NCBI GenBank assembly: GCA_035380005.1
Contig: DAOSWJ010000002.1
Coordinates: 1-38,204 of the forward strand
Length of the DNA stretch: 38,204 nucleotides
Source of the DNA: Prolixibacteraceae bacterium
GTDB lineage: Bacteria; Bacteroidota; Bacteroidia; Bacteroidales; Prolixibacteraceae
Direction: 5' to 3'
Below the pieces are notes generated by a model, which was not told the origin of the DNA, did not search any database, and saw only the letters and a list, made by a program, of their open reading frames with translations. The position numbers and the translations under genes are program-made. Of this stretch, positions 1 to 8,431 are shown piece by piece. Every line of letters begins with the position of its first letter. Within the stretch, counting starts at the first letter, position 1.

Positions 1-1
1 G

Positions 2-1306
2 CACAATAACATTGCAACTGCAATTTGGCGGTCGGTATTATCGCCGCAATTGCTTTTTAGAGCGCAAGCTTATGCTTCGTTGCATAAAGCCGATAACTAC
101 AGCGAGATGAAGATGAATTTCGAAAATGTTGTTTTTGACACATCTACGGGATTCAAAAGCAAAGTGAACGATTATGGTTCGAAAATGAGCCTGGTTTATA
201 AGCCATTCTACTGGAACGAGTTGAAAGTTGGGCTTGAGTATAATAACTACCTCTTTTTCAATGCGACCATGCTTAATGAACTCGATAACGGAAGCGCAAA
301 AAAACAACCTGAGCTTTTGTCGGCTTTTTTCGAAGACAAAATTTCGATTGGTGGCCTTACTTTGCGCCCTGGTTTACGTGCTTCAAGTTTCGACGGGCAA
401 AAAATGTTGTTCGAACCCCGTATAAATGCTGTTTTAAAACTATGGAGCGGAACAAAATTTAAAGCAGCCTGGGGTAGGTACAATCAGCATATAGTGAGCA
501 TGAATACTCAAGAGTTTGAATTTAACCAGTTTCTCGATTATTATTACCCGTTAAACAATGGTTTGCCAAGTGTTTCGGAGCATTATATTGCCGGAATTGA
601 AGTTCCGCTGAACAGACAAAACACTCTCTCGGCCGATTTTTATTACAAAGATATTGAGCGAACTTATACTTTCGATTTGTTACAAGACCGCTTTGAAGTT
701 TTTGCGTTAAGTGAAAAAATTGTGGCCGGAACCGGGCTTTCGTATGGAATGGAATTAATGTGGAATGGTAGTTTTGGAAAGCTTTCGGGGTGGAGCAGCT
801 ACACTTTATCTAAATCGACACGTTCGTTCCCTCATATTATGAATGGCAAACATTACAACTACGATTACGATCGGAGACACTCATTCAAAGCTGTGTTGAA
901 TTATCAGGCTACCAAACGTATTTCGTACAGTACTTCGTTTATTGCACAAAGCGGTGTGCCGCGTTCAATCGAAAATACTTTACAAATGTATTACATGTAC
1001 GATGCGCTTACCGGGCAAATGATTTATAGCCCTCAATATACTGTTGCCCAAAAGAATGCGTCGCGCATGCCTTGGCTTTTGTATCTCGATTTTGGCTTGC
1101 AAAAACAAATTGTAACGGGCTTTGGCAAAGATTTGGCAACTTTTTTTGGTGCCGACGAGTCGTATCTTGTTGTAAATGTTTATAATGCATTGTTTTTTAG
1201 GCGAAACGTACTGTATTATTTATCGACTGGCGACCTTGGGCTTTACATCCCAATGGGCGATAACTACCTGCCAACTGTAAGTGCAGGTTATACAATTAAG
1301 TTTTGA
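2..1306 (+). CDS. TonB-dependent outer-membrane receptor, C-terminal barrel portion (5' end lies outside the window)
   Basis: The frame is open from base 2 (HNNIATAIWRSVLSPQLLFR...). It has TBDT barrel motifs (LRPGLR, FEPRINA, KAAWGRYNQ, DFYYKD, GWSSYTLSKS, DRRHSFK) and ends in a beta-signal (SAGYTIKF). Confidence 0.88.
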   Translation, partial: HNNIATAIWRSVLSPQLLFRAQAYASLHKADNYSEMKMNFENVVFDTSTGFKSKVNDYGSKMSLVYKPFYWNELKVGLEYNNYLFFNATMLNELDNGSAKKQPELLSAFFEDKISIGGLTLRPGLRASSFDGQKMLFEPRINAVLKLWSGTKFKAAWGRYNQHIVSMNTQEFEFNQFLDYYYPLNNGLPSVSEHYIAGIEVPLNRQNTLSADFYYKDIERTYTFDLLQDRFEVFALSEKIVAGTGLSYGMELMWNGSFGKLSGWSSYTLSKSTRSFPHIMNGKHYNYDYDRRHSFKAVLNYQATKRISYSTSFIAQSGVPRSIENTLQMYYMYDALTGQMIYSPQYTVAQKNASRMPWLLYLDFGLQKQIVTGFGKDLATFFGADESYLVVNVYNALFFRRNVLYYLSTGDLGLYIPMGDNYLPTVSAGYTIKF

Positions 1307-1353
1307 TGCTTAGTTTTAAAACTAATGATAATTGACTGTTGAAAGAATTTAAA

Positions 1354-2151
1354 ATGATAAAACATAAAAATATTTGCTTTTTAATATTGTTGCTGATACC
1401 CACTTTGTTTAGCAGTTGCCTCAAAATAGGTGAGTATTATGTTGGGCTTCATTTGCAACCCGATATGGAAAACAATAAGTTTGAACCTGGTTTAAATGTA
1501 TTTGGTATCATCAAATCGGGGCCCGATTTCGATACAATTAACCATCGTTTTGAAGTTCATCGCTTACTCGATATAAACGATTGGGAAAACGGTTTCGAAG
1601 TAAACGATGCTAGAATTCAGCTTGTTCGAAAAACAACAAATGGTGAGGAATTTAGTTATGAATTAAATTCATACAGCAATGGTTTGTATTATTTCCCCGA
1701 TATTATTGCTGCTGAGGGCGATGTTTGGAAATATTCATGTACTTATGATACTTTTACTGTTAATGCTACTTGTACTATTCCAAACGAACCAATTGTAGAT
1801 GAGCAAAGTTTTGTTTTTATTGATAATAGTTTAGTGTTCAATATTCAGTCTGATTCGAGTGCATACATGTACACTGTTTACCTTATTCAAGATCAGTATG
1901 CTGAAGTAATACAGGCAATTCCCACGCCGGATAGTATAACATCGGTTAAAATTGAGCCCGAATGGACCATAGCTGAAGGCAAATTATTTTTGTACATTTT
2001 TGCGTTCGATAAAAATATACGGCAATACCATACCACCTCAAATACTTTTTTCAAGCCTAATGCATACCGACCGTTGTTCTCAACAGTTGATGGTGGTTAC
2101 GGTGTTTTTGGAGCTGCAAGCAGTACTCAAGTAATTCTTGATAAACGTTGA
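1354..2151 (+). CDS. Lipoprotein, DUF4249-like partner of the TonB-dependent receptor
   Basis: The ATG at 1354 gives a signal peptide with a lipobox (LLIPTLFSSC). The C-terminal STVDGGYGVFGAAS motif resembles DUF4249 proteins. It lies directly downstream of the TBDT. Confidence 0.7.
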   Translation: MIKHKNICFLILLLIPTLFSSCLKIGEYYVGLHLQPDMENNKFEPGLNVFGIIKSGPDFDTINHRFEVHRLLDINDWENGFEVNDARIQLVRKTTNGEEFSYELNSYSNGLYYFPDIIAAEGDVWKYSCTYDTFTVNATCTIPNEPIVDEQSFVFIDNSLVFNIQSDSSAYMYTVYLIQDQYAEVIQAIPTPDSITSVKIEPEWTIAEGKLFLYIFAFDKNIRQYHTTSNTFFKPNAYRPLFSTVDGGYGVFGAASSTQVILDKR

Positions 2152-2161
2152 ATGGATTGAT

Positions 2162-2884
2162 TTAAATGTGAAAAAATCGTTTCAAATCAGTTACTTTCTT
2201 CAATCTGTAATGAATAAAAAGCAAAATTACAGCTACAGAGAAAACCGATACTAGTAAAATTGGGCTCCAAATAAGTTTAAATGCTCCTAAATGAAGACTA
2301 ACAATGGTTTCGATAATGATACAAAGCACGCCGCTTAGCAATAAGAAAAATGCAATAAGGTTAATTCCTTTTTGCTTGGTTTTTTTTACAGTTGTAATAA
2401 AAACACCAATTGCAAAATAAGTTGAAAGAATAAGCGGTACTCCCAGTTTCAGTCCCCAACCCATATTGTTGTTTATATAATCGATGGTGAGCAAAAGTAA
2501 AGCAGTGCTTACAAAACTTAAAAATGCCATAAAAACTGCTTTGTTTTTCATAAACGAAAGCAAACTGATGTTGATGAATAAATACAGCCCTATTGCTAAA
2601 GTGTATTTCGACCAAGTAAGTGTTTTGGTTGTAAGGAAATCAATTATCGATGTTACAATCATGCCTGTGAGCAAAATAATTCCCGATAGTTCCCAAAATA
2701 GTTTTTCTCTTTGTGGTTCGGTAAGTCCGGTCAAATCATAGGTGTGGTTCTTTTTGTTGATTTGGTTGTTTGCATTAACCGAATTAACGCTGCCGGTTTG
2801 TTCTTTTTCGGCCTTCTCGCCACACAATGGACAGAAATTCATTTTTGGATCCAGTTCTACTCCGCATTTTTTGCATTCGTACAT
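2162..2884 (-). CDS. Zinc-ribbon plus multi-pass membrane protein (DUF6320-like)
   Basis: N-terminal CKKCG-x9-CPLCG ribbon, about 6 hydrophobic helices, and a C-terminal LKRFFHI motif. Confidence 0.75.
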   Translation of the reverse strand: MYECKKCGVELDPKMNFCPLCGEKAEKEQTGSVNSVNANNQINKKNHTYDLTGLTEPQREKLFWELSGIILLTGMIVTSIIDFLTTKTLTWSKYTLAIGLYLFINISLLSFMKNKAVFMAFLSFVSTALLLLTIDYINNNMGWGLKLGVPLILSTYFAIGVFITTVKKTKQKGINLIAFFLLLSGVLCIIIETIVSLHLGAFKLIWSPILLVSVFSVAVILLFIHYRLKKVTDLKRFFHI

Positions 2885-2895
2885 AATTCAATGTT

Positions 2896-4172
2896 TTAAA
2901 TGGTCAAACGTACATTAATACCTTGTTGGCTTAAAAACCTGAAGAATCGTTTTTCTAATTCTTTTGAATAGCTAATATTGCCAAAAGTTACGATTAGCTG
3001 GTCTTTAAAACCAATAATACCACAATTGGTTTTGATGAGTTTGTTTGGGGGAGGTGCTATGACTTGCAAATGTTCAATTTGATCGGCAATTTCGGGTGGA
3101 AAGTTTGGACGTCCCAAGTTTGAAAGCACTCCACTGTACTGATTGCTGCCTAACGAGTAATAATTCATGCGCAAAGCAAGGCTTTTGATGAAAAGAGGTA
3201 TGCCTCTGATAATTATCTTTCTTTCGCTTCCCACATTGCGCGATAATATTTTATTGATAAGCTTTTCGTCGGTTTCGAGTTGTATTTGATGGTGAACGGT
3301 TTTCAAAATTTCGTCGAATGAATAATGCCCCAAGCGTAAATCGATTTCGGGCATAACAAAGAGCGAAAAATTGCGCATGGTTTTGCTTGGGTACATGCCC
3401 CTCAGGTTAATGGGGACCTGAATGCTTATTTTTGACTGAGCCTTTTTTTTCCTTTAGCCTTAAGTTCTTCGTAAATATCTTGCAGTGCATGTATATAAAC
3501 GGCAGTTAGGTAGGTGGTTATGCTTACGTTTTTTTCCGAAGCGACTTTTTTTATTGCTTTAGACGGAATTTTGGCTGTTAAAACACTGAACCGATGGGGC
3601 CAGCTGGTTTGGTAGGGCAGGTGGAATGCTTTACGTTGGCGAGGGTTTTTGGGGATATTATCGACAAAATAACGATTGTAGGCATCTTCAAATTCTTCGC
3701 TATCAGGTGTTTCATCGGGTTTGAGGTAGGTGTGGTTTATGGGTAGTTGGGTGCCACATTCGTTAAAATAACTTATCAATAAGGATTGGAAATATTCAAA
3801 GGCACCGCCACCATCGGTAATGATGTGCGAAAACTCAACACTGAGGCGGTTTTCTTTAGCAAGCACCCTGAATAAACTGCTTTTTCGATTGAATACCCGG
3901 CACGGGTCGTGTACATCGGGAACAATAGGCGTAGTGATTTTATCCGACTCGAGATAATACCAAAAAAAACCCTTTCGCATTTTTACTTTGTAATACGGGA
4001 ACCGACCTTCGATTTTATGAAGTGCACTGTAAAGTGCCGAAATATTTACAGCTTTTTTAAGTATTGCCGATATTCTGAAAACCGAAGTGCGCTCATTATT
4101 AGTAATGGCCGGAAATATTTTTGCTGCATTATCGAGCGGATACCAAAACGACTCATTTTCTTCTACTGCCAT
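2896..4172 (-). pseudogene. CoA-dependent acyltransferase (alcohol acetyltransferase/condensation-domain-like), split by a -1 frameshift at an A8 run (3443-3450)
   Basis: The N-terminal ORF 3426..4172 has WYPLDNAAKIFP and an HxxxDG catalytic motif (FSHIITDGGG). The -1 frame continues KAQSKISIQVPINLRGMYPSKTMRNF...LSNLG into ORF 2896..3396. One extra A restores a single protein of about 425 aa. It could be an intact gene with an assembly error. Confidence 0.75.
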
Positions 4173-4277
4173 TTGTGTATTTCAATTAAAATGTGCTTTC
4201 GGTTAAATCAAAACTTATCAAAAAAGTTGATGCCAAATTTAAGCTTTAAAATTGGTTAATAGCTTAAATAATGTTCT

Positions 4278-4285
4278 TAGTTTTG
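4278..4285 (+). promoter_or_regulatory. Bacteroidota primary-sigma -7 element (TAGTTTTG) for the TauE/SafE gene
   Basis: Matches TAnnTTTG, 27 nt before the ATG at 4313. Confidence 0.4.
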
Positions 4286-4312
4286 CCATTTTATGCAAAA
4301 GATATTACAATT

Positions 4313-5074
4313 ATGCTTTCTGAAATATTTAATTCGCTCAATTATACTCATTGGATGGTGTTGATATTTGCTGCATTATTTACAGGCATGTCGAAAAGTG
4401 GGGTGTATGGCCTTGGCACGGTTGTAGCGCCAGTATTGGCTTCGGTTTTTGGAGGCAAAGTGTCGGCTGGCTTGTTGTTGCCCATGCTGTCGATGGCCGA
4501 TGTTTTTGCAGTGTTTTTCTATAACCGGCATGCCAGTTGGCCGCATTTACGAAAACTTTTCCCTTTTGCAATTGTGGGGGTGCTCGTAGCCTTATGGGTA
4601 GGTAAAATAATTAACGACAGTGCTTTTAAACTCATTATGGCTGTTTTTATTTTGGGTGGAATCCCATTAATGATTTGGCGAGAGTTAAAAAAGGATACAA
4701 AACCCTTTAAGGGTAGTTGGTGGTCGGGTGGCTTTTTTGGAATTACAGGTGGTTTCAGCACCATGATTGGCAATGCCGCAGGACCGGTTATGAGCTTGTA
4801 TTTATTGGCGATGCAATTACCCAAAAACGTACTGATTGGTACAGGTGCTTGGTTTTTTCTGGTGATCAACTTGTTTAAAATACCTTTTCATGTATTTATT
4901 TGGGAAACAATAACTTTAAGGTCGTTTATTATTAATTTGTTGATGTTGCCTTTCATTATTGGTGGCAGTTTTTTAGGCTTGAAAATTGCAAAACACATAC
5001 CGGAAAAACCTTTTCGCTGGTTGGTTATTGTAATGACAGTATTGGCTTCTATGAAGTTAATTATGAGCGCATAG
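4313..5074 (+). CDS. TSUP family (TauE/SafE, sulfite exporter-like) membrane transporter
   Basis: About 8 TM helices in two repeats, with GMSKSGVYGLG and GGFSTMIGNAAGP motifs. The ATG at 4313 is preferred over 4271 because of the -7 element. Confidence 0.85.
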   Translation: MLSEIFNSLNYTHWMVLIFAALFTGMSKSGVYGLGTVVAPVLASVFGGKVSAGLLLPMLSMADVFAVFFYNRHASWPHLRKLFPFAIVGVLVALWVGKIINDSAFKLIMAVFILGGIPLMIWRELKKDTKPFKGSWWSGGFFGITGGFSTMIGNAAGPVMSLYLLAMQLPKNVLIGTGAWFFLVINLFKIPFHVFIWETITLRSFIINLLMLPFIIGGSFLGLKIAKHIPEKPFRWLVIVMTVLASMKLIMSA

Positions 5075-5087
5075 TGGAAGTGGATAG

Positions 5088-5306
5088 TTATTTTACCTCC
5101 TCGAAATCGACATATTCACCCTCGTTTTTATTGATGATTTTTTCTCCTTTTTTATTGAATTGGATGGTTGTTTCGCCCTCGTTTTTTTTGTATTGTTGTT
5201 GGTGGTTTGCCTGTTGTTTATTTGGCTCAAACATTTTAGCTACCCATTTAATAATGAAGTAGATAATTGCAATAACTAATATCGTGCGTAGTAATCCTAT
5301 TATCAT
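5088..5306 (-). CDS. Small membrane protein, DUF4834-like
   Basis: N-terminal TM helix, a Q-rich linker, EGETTI, and the C-terminal GEYVDFEEVK typical of this Bacteroidota family. Confidence 0.8.
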   Translation of the reverse strand: MIIGLLRTILVIAIIYFIIKWVAKMFEPNKQQANHQQQYKKNEGETTIQFNKKGEKIINKNEGEYVDFEEVK

Positions 5307-5403
5307 TGTATTTTGAATGAAATATTGTTAAAATAATTTCAAAGGAATAAAAAAAGTGCCTGAAACAAAAATTCATTTACTTCTTTTTTGAAAAAATCAG
5401 ATT

Positions 5404-5940
5404 TTAAAGTTTAAATGTGTTTTTGGTAGAATGGCTGAAGGTGCAAAACGTTTTAAGGTCTTCAACTGTTATATCTCCAAAAAATGAGAAAAGCATGGCA
5501 TTGTCCGATTCGCAAAGCAAAATATGAAATTCATTCATTTTGTTGGGTTGACCACATCCAATAATCCTAATTTGTTCATAGTCAGAATCGGATTCGATAT
5601 TAAAACTATTGCAGGTGAATTCATTCGGATCAATATCAAAATAATCATTTTCGTTAAACTCATTGCCAATGCGGTCATAAATCTCATCTGAACTAAAAAA
5701 GCCTTTGTCTTCGTTGTAAAACAAAAGGTTTACTTTGTCCATTTTTAACAATACCCGTTTCGAATCATCGTCGAGAAGAATTTCGAATGGTTGAATTATC
5801 GATTTAGCAAATCCCAGGCTTACAAAACCTTGTTTGCCCGAGTACATGTCGAAAATTTTTTGGGCGTTGCTTTGCGCATTGCCGGTAACCGATGCCAGCA
5901 AAATTGCTAAAAGAATCCCTAGTTTATGTATCAGTTGCAT
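5404..5940 (-). CDS. Exported protein, DUF4252-like
   Basis: Sec signal peptide (…VTGNA/QS) followed by IFDMYSGKQGFVSL. The C-terminal MNEFHILL…FFGDITVEDL pattern and the size fit the family. Confidence 0.65.
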   Translation of the reverse strand: MQLIHKLGILLAILLASVTGNAQSNAQKIFDMYSGKQGFVSLGFAKSIIQPFEILLDDDSKRVLLKMDKVNLLFYNEDKGFFSSDEIYDRIGNEFNENDYFDIDPNEFTCNSFNIESDSDYEQIRIIGCGQPNKMNEFHILLCESDNAMLFSFFGDITVEDLKTFCTFSHSTKNTFKL

Positions 5941-5968
5941 TTTGTGTATATTTTTGATTGTTAGTGTA

Positions 5969-7468
5969 TTATTCTTGTGCTATACTTAGTTTTTTATCTC
6001 CCATTTTCCAATACTGACCAGTCATGTCGGGTTCCCATAAGTTTTGTTCATTATTTGCTTTATACAATATAGGTAGCAAATTCTGGTCGAGATAAAGTGT
6101 TTTTCCTTTGGGTAATTCGATGCTAAGCTCAACCGATTGTTGGCGCCATTTGTGCTCTTTTTCAAGCGTAAAGTATGGATCAATAATTAATGTGTCGCCA
6201 TTAATATTGAATTGATGAATAATTGTTTCTGCTTCGAAGCTCGCCCGTTTTAAGTTTTTGCCACGAGCACTTTTTTTGCTTTCTATGAATGTTTGTTCAG
6301 TATCCGATTTTTTGACAATTAACTTTGGACGTGCAATAATTAATTCCTTATTGTCGATAATGGCAATTTTATAGTTATTCACTTCAAATTTTATGTTACT
6401 GAAGTTGGTTGGGTTGCTGTCGTTAATTTTTACATAAAGAGTATTGCCGATGTTCGATATTGTGTGTTGTTCTGTTAACGAATTGGTAGTTTTAAAATCG
6501 TTGAAAATGCCACTAATCATGCCACCAGATACAATTATTGCAATAATCCAAGTAGTTAATGCTGTTAAAAAAACTGCGCGACTATTGGCTACATAGTTGA
6601 ACAACAATTTTGTGCCCGCATATATCAACAATAAAATTGGAATGGCTGTAATTAAGAATATGGCTAAAACGATAGTAGGTCCAAACGATTCGCTAACAAT
6701 ATGGTTTAGGATAAGTCCGTCGCTAAAAGCCGGTACAAAACCCAATATTCTGGAACCGAATACAACTGCTGTGATTATTGCCGATAAAATCAAAAATCCA
6801 AACAACATTAATATCAAGCCGAATATCCGGGCAAGAATATTGTCACTCTTAGGTGGATAATTCTGATCGTACCGATGTTGTTCATATTTTTTTTCATGTC
6901 TCTGCTTATTTTTTTCTTGATTTTCATTATGAATGTTATTGGATTCGAACGAGAGAGGAGCTGCTATCCATAAAATAATGTAAAGCAATAATGCAAATCC
7001 GGCAGTAATGAAAAAAAGTATAATAAAAAGAAGCCTTACCAAAGCTTTGTCGATATTAAAGAAGTTGGCTAGGCCACTACAAACACCGCCAATTACACGT
7101 GAATTGGCATCGCGGAAAAGCCTTTTCGCTTCATTGTTGTTAACTTTTGTGTATTTGTTGCTGTTTTGGTCCGAGGCTGAATTTTGAGTGCTGTTTTTAT
7201 CGAATTCATAATTATTTGCCTCGTTACCACCAATATTCTCGATGACCGTTTTAATGATTTGTATGTCAATTATACAATCGTTATTGTTGCATCGTTTTGA
7301 GAGTTCATTGGCTAAATTGTTTTCCATTTGTTGAGTTAGCTTCTCTTTTTCTTCTTCGTTTTCGATCGATGATGCATAATTTGCAATGAACGATTTTAGT
7401 CTAGCATAAGCCTCGCTATCAATCCTGAAAAATTGTCCGCTAATATTAATTGTAAAAACTTGTTTCAT
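5969..7468 (-). CDS. PspC-domain membrane protein (envelope stress response)
   Basis: MKQVFTINISG…IDSEAY N-terminal domain, then the PspC motif KRLFRDANSRVIGGVCSGLANFFNID…YIILWIAAP, further TM helices and a C-terminal extracytoplasmic domain. Confidence 0.9.
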   Translation of the reverse strand: MKQVFTINISGQFFRIDSEAYARLKSFIANYASSIENEEEKEKLTQQMENNLANELSKRCNNNDCIIDIQIIKTVIENIGGNEANNYEFDKNSTQNSASDQNSNKYTKVNNNEAKRLFRDANSRVIGGVCSGLANFFNIDKALVRLLFIILFFITAGFALLLYIILWIAAPLSFESNNIHNENQEKNKQRHEKKYEQHRYDQNYPPKSDNILARIFGLILMLFGFLILSAIITAVVFGSRILGFVPAFSDGLILNHIVSESFGPTIVLAIFLITAIPILLLIYAGTKLLFNYVANSRAVFLTALTTWIIAIIVSGGMISGIFNDFKTTNSLTEQHTISNIGNTLYVKINDSNPTNFSNIKFEVNNYKIAIIDNKELIIARPKLIVKKSDTEQTFIESKKSARGKNLKRASFEAETIIHQFNINGDTLIIDPYFTLEKEHKWRQQSVELSIELPKGKTLYLDQNLLPILYKANNEQNLWEPDMTGQYWKMGDKKLSIAQE

Positions 7469-7494
7469 AATCGACAGGTGTTAAAATATGCATT

Positions 7495-7599
7495 CAAAGT
7501 TAAGACAGACGTTAAAGCATTAAAAAAGAATATCGGAGAAAGTTATAAAAAGTCGGTAAAACAACGACTTGTAGAGGTAAATGAAATTTTTTCGGTATA
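7495..7599 (-). promoter_or_regulatory. Promoter of the PspC operon: -7 element TAACTTTG plus four phased direct repeats (LytTR-like operator)
   Basis: The -7 element is at 7495-7502 (minus strand). Repeats read on + are TCGGAGAA 7533, TCGGTAAA 7553, GAGGTAAA 7574 and TCGGTATA 7592 (periods 20, 21, 18 bp). Confidence 0.55.
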
Positions 7600-7724
7600 A
7601 AAAACAATATATTATTTCTAATATTGAAAAAATTCTTAATTTAGGAGTTCAAATAGCATGAAATAAAAAAACATCGGAAATGAAGGAATGAACATGCAGG
7701 TTCATTAACAATAATTATTTGATT

Positions 7725-8228
7725 ATGCAAAAAGAAAATGATTCGCTTATCTTTGTAGTTGAGGATAATCGTGTTTACAATAAGTTGATTGTGAGTTATT
7801 TAAAGTCGAATAAATTCACAAATGTAATGGCTTTTTACTCGGGCGAAGATGCAATTAATAATTTGAACCGAAACCCCGATATTATTATTCAAGACTTTTT
7901 GCTCGATGGCATGAATGGTATCGATGTATTGAAAAAAGCCAAAGAAATTGGTTCCGATGTAGAATTTATTTTCCTTTCTGGGCAAGATAATATTGATGTT
8001 GCCATTAATACAATGAAATATGGCGCTTACGATTACATTGTAAAAGACCAAATGGCCCTCAAAAAAATGGTAAATAAAATTAACAAAATCCAATCGGTTA
8101 ATAAATTGGTTCAAACCAATAAACGTTACAGGGTTTGGGTAGTGCTTTTCTTTTCAATTTTAGTACTGGTTATTATTATAATTCTGGTTTTGGCATTATG
8201 GATGCCCGGCAAACTAGCTTTTTTATAG
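7725..8228 (+). CDS. Response-regulator receiver domain with C-terminal transmembrane helix
   Basis: Receiver residues are present: VVEDN, IIIQD (phospho-acceptor), FLSG, GAYDYIVK. There is no output domain. The tail VWVVLFFSILVLVIIIILVLALW is hydrophobic. Confidence 0.85.
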   Translation: MQKENDSLIFVVEDNRVYNKLIVSYLKSNKFTNVMAFYSGEDAINNLNRNPDIIIQDFLLDGMNGIDVLKKAKEIGSDVEFIFLSGQDNIDVAINTMKYGAYDYIVKDQMALKKMVNKINKIQSVNKLVQTNKRYRVWVVLFFSILVLVIIIILVLALWMPGKLAFL

Positions 8229-8287
8229 ACACTTATAAGGCTTGAATGTTTTTTTATTGCTTATAAATGAAAAAAGAATTCATCTTT

Positions 8288-8319
8288 TTTGCGTTTTATG
8301 TGTGAATAACTTATAATTG
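8288..8319 (+). promoter_or_regulatory. Putative rho promoter (-33 TTTG, 20-bp spacer, -7 TATAATTG)
   Basis: TTTG at 8288-8291 and TATAATTG at 8312-8319, one mismatch to TAnnTTTG, with canonical spacing. Confidence 0.45.
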
Positions 8320-8431
8320 CATTTGAATTTAATGAGTATGTTTTAAATACACACGACTACATTTCTTTTTTAAATCATTCAAAAACATTTTTAACAACTA
8401 ATTAGCCAAGGCTGGCTAAAATAATTTCAAT

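Noticed and set aside
5074-5262. 62-aa + strand ORF after the TauE/SafE gene
   Set aside because: It is antisense to the well-supported DUF4834-like gene and has no recognisable motif.
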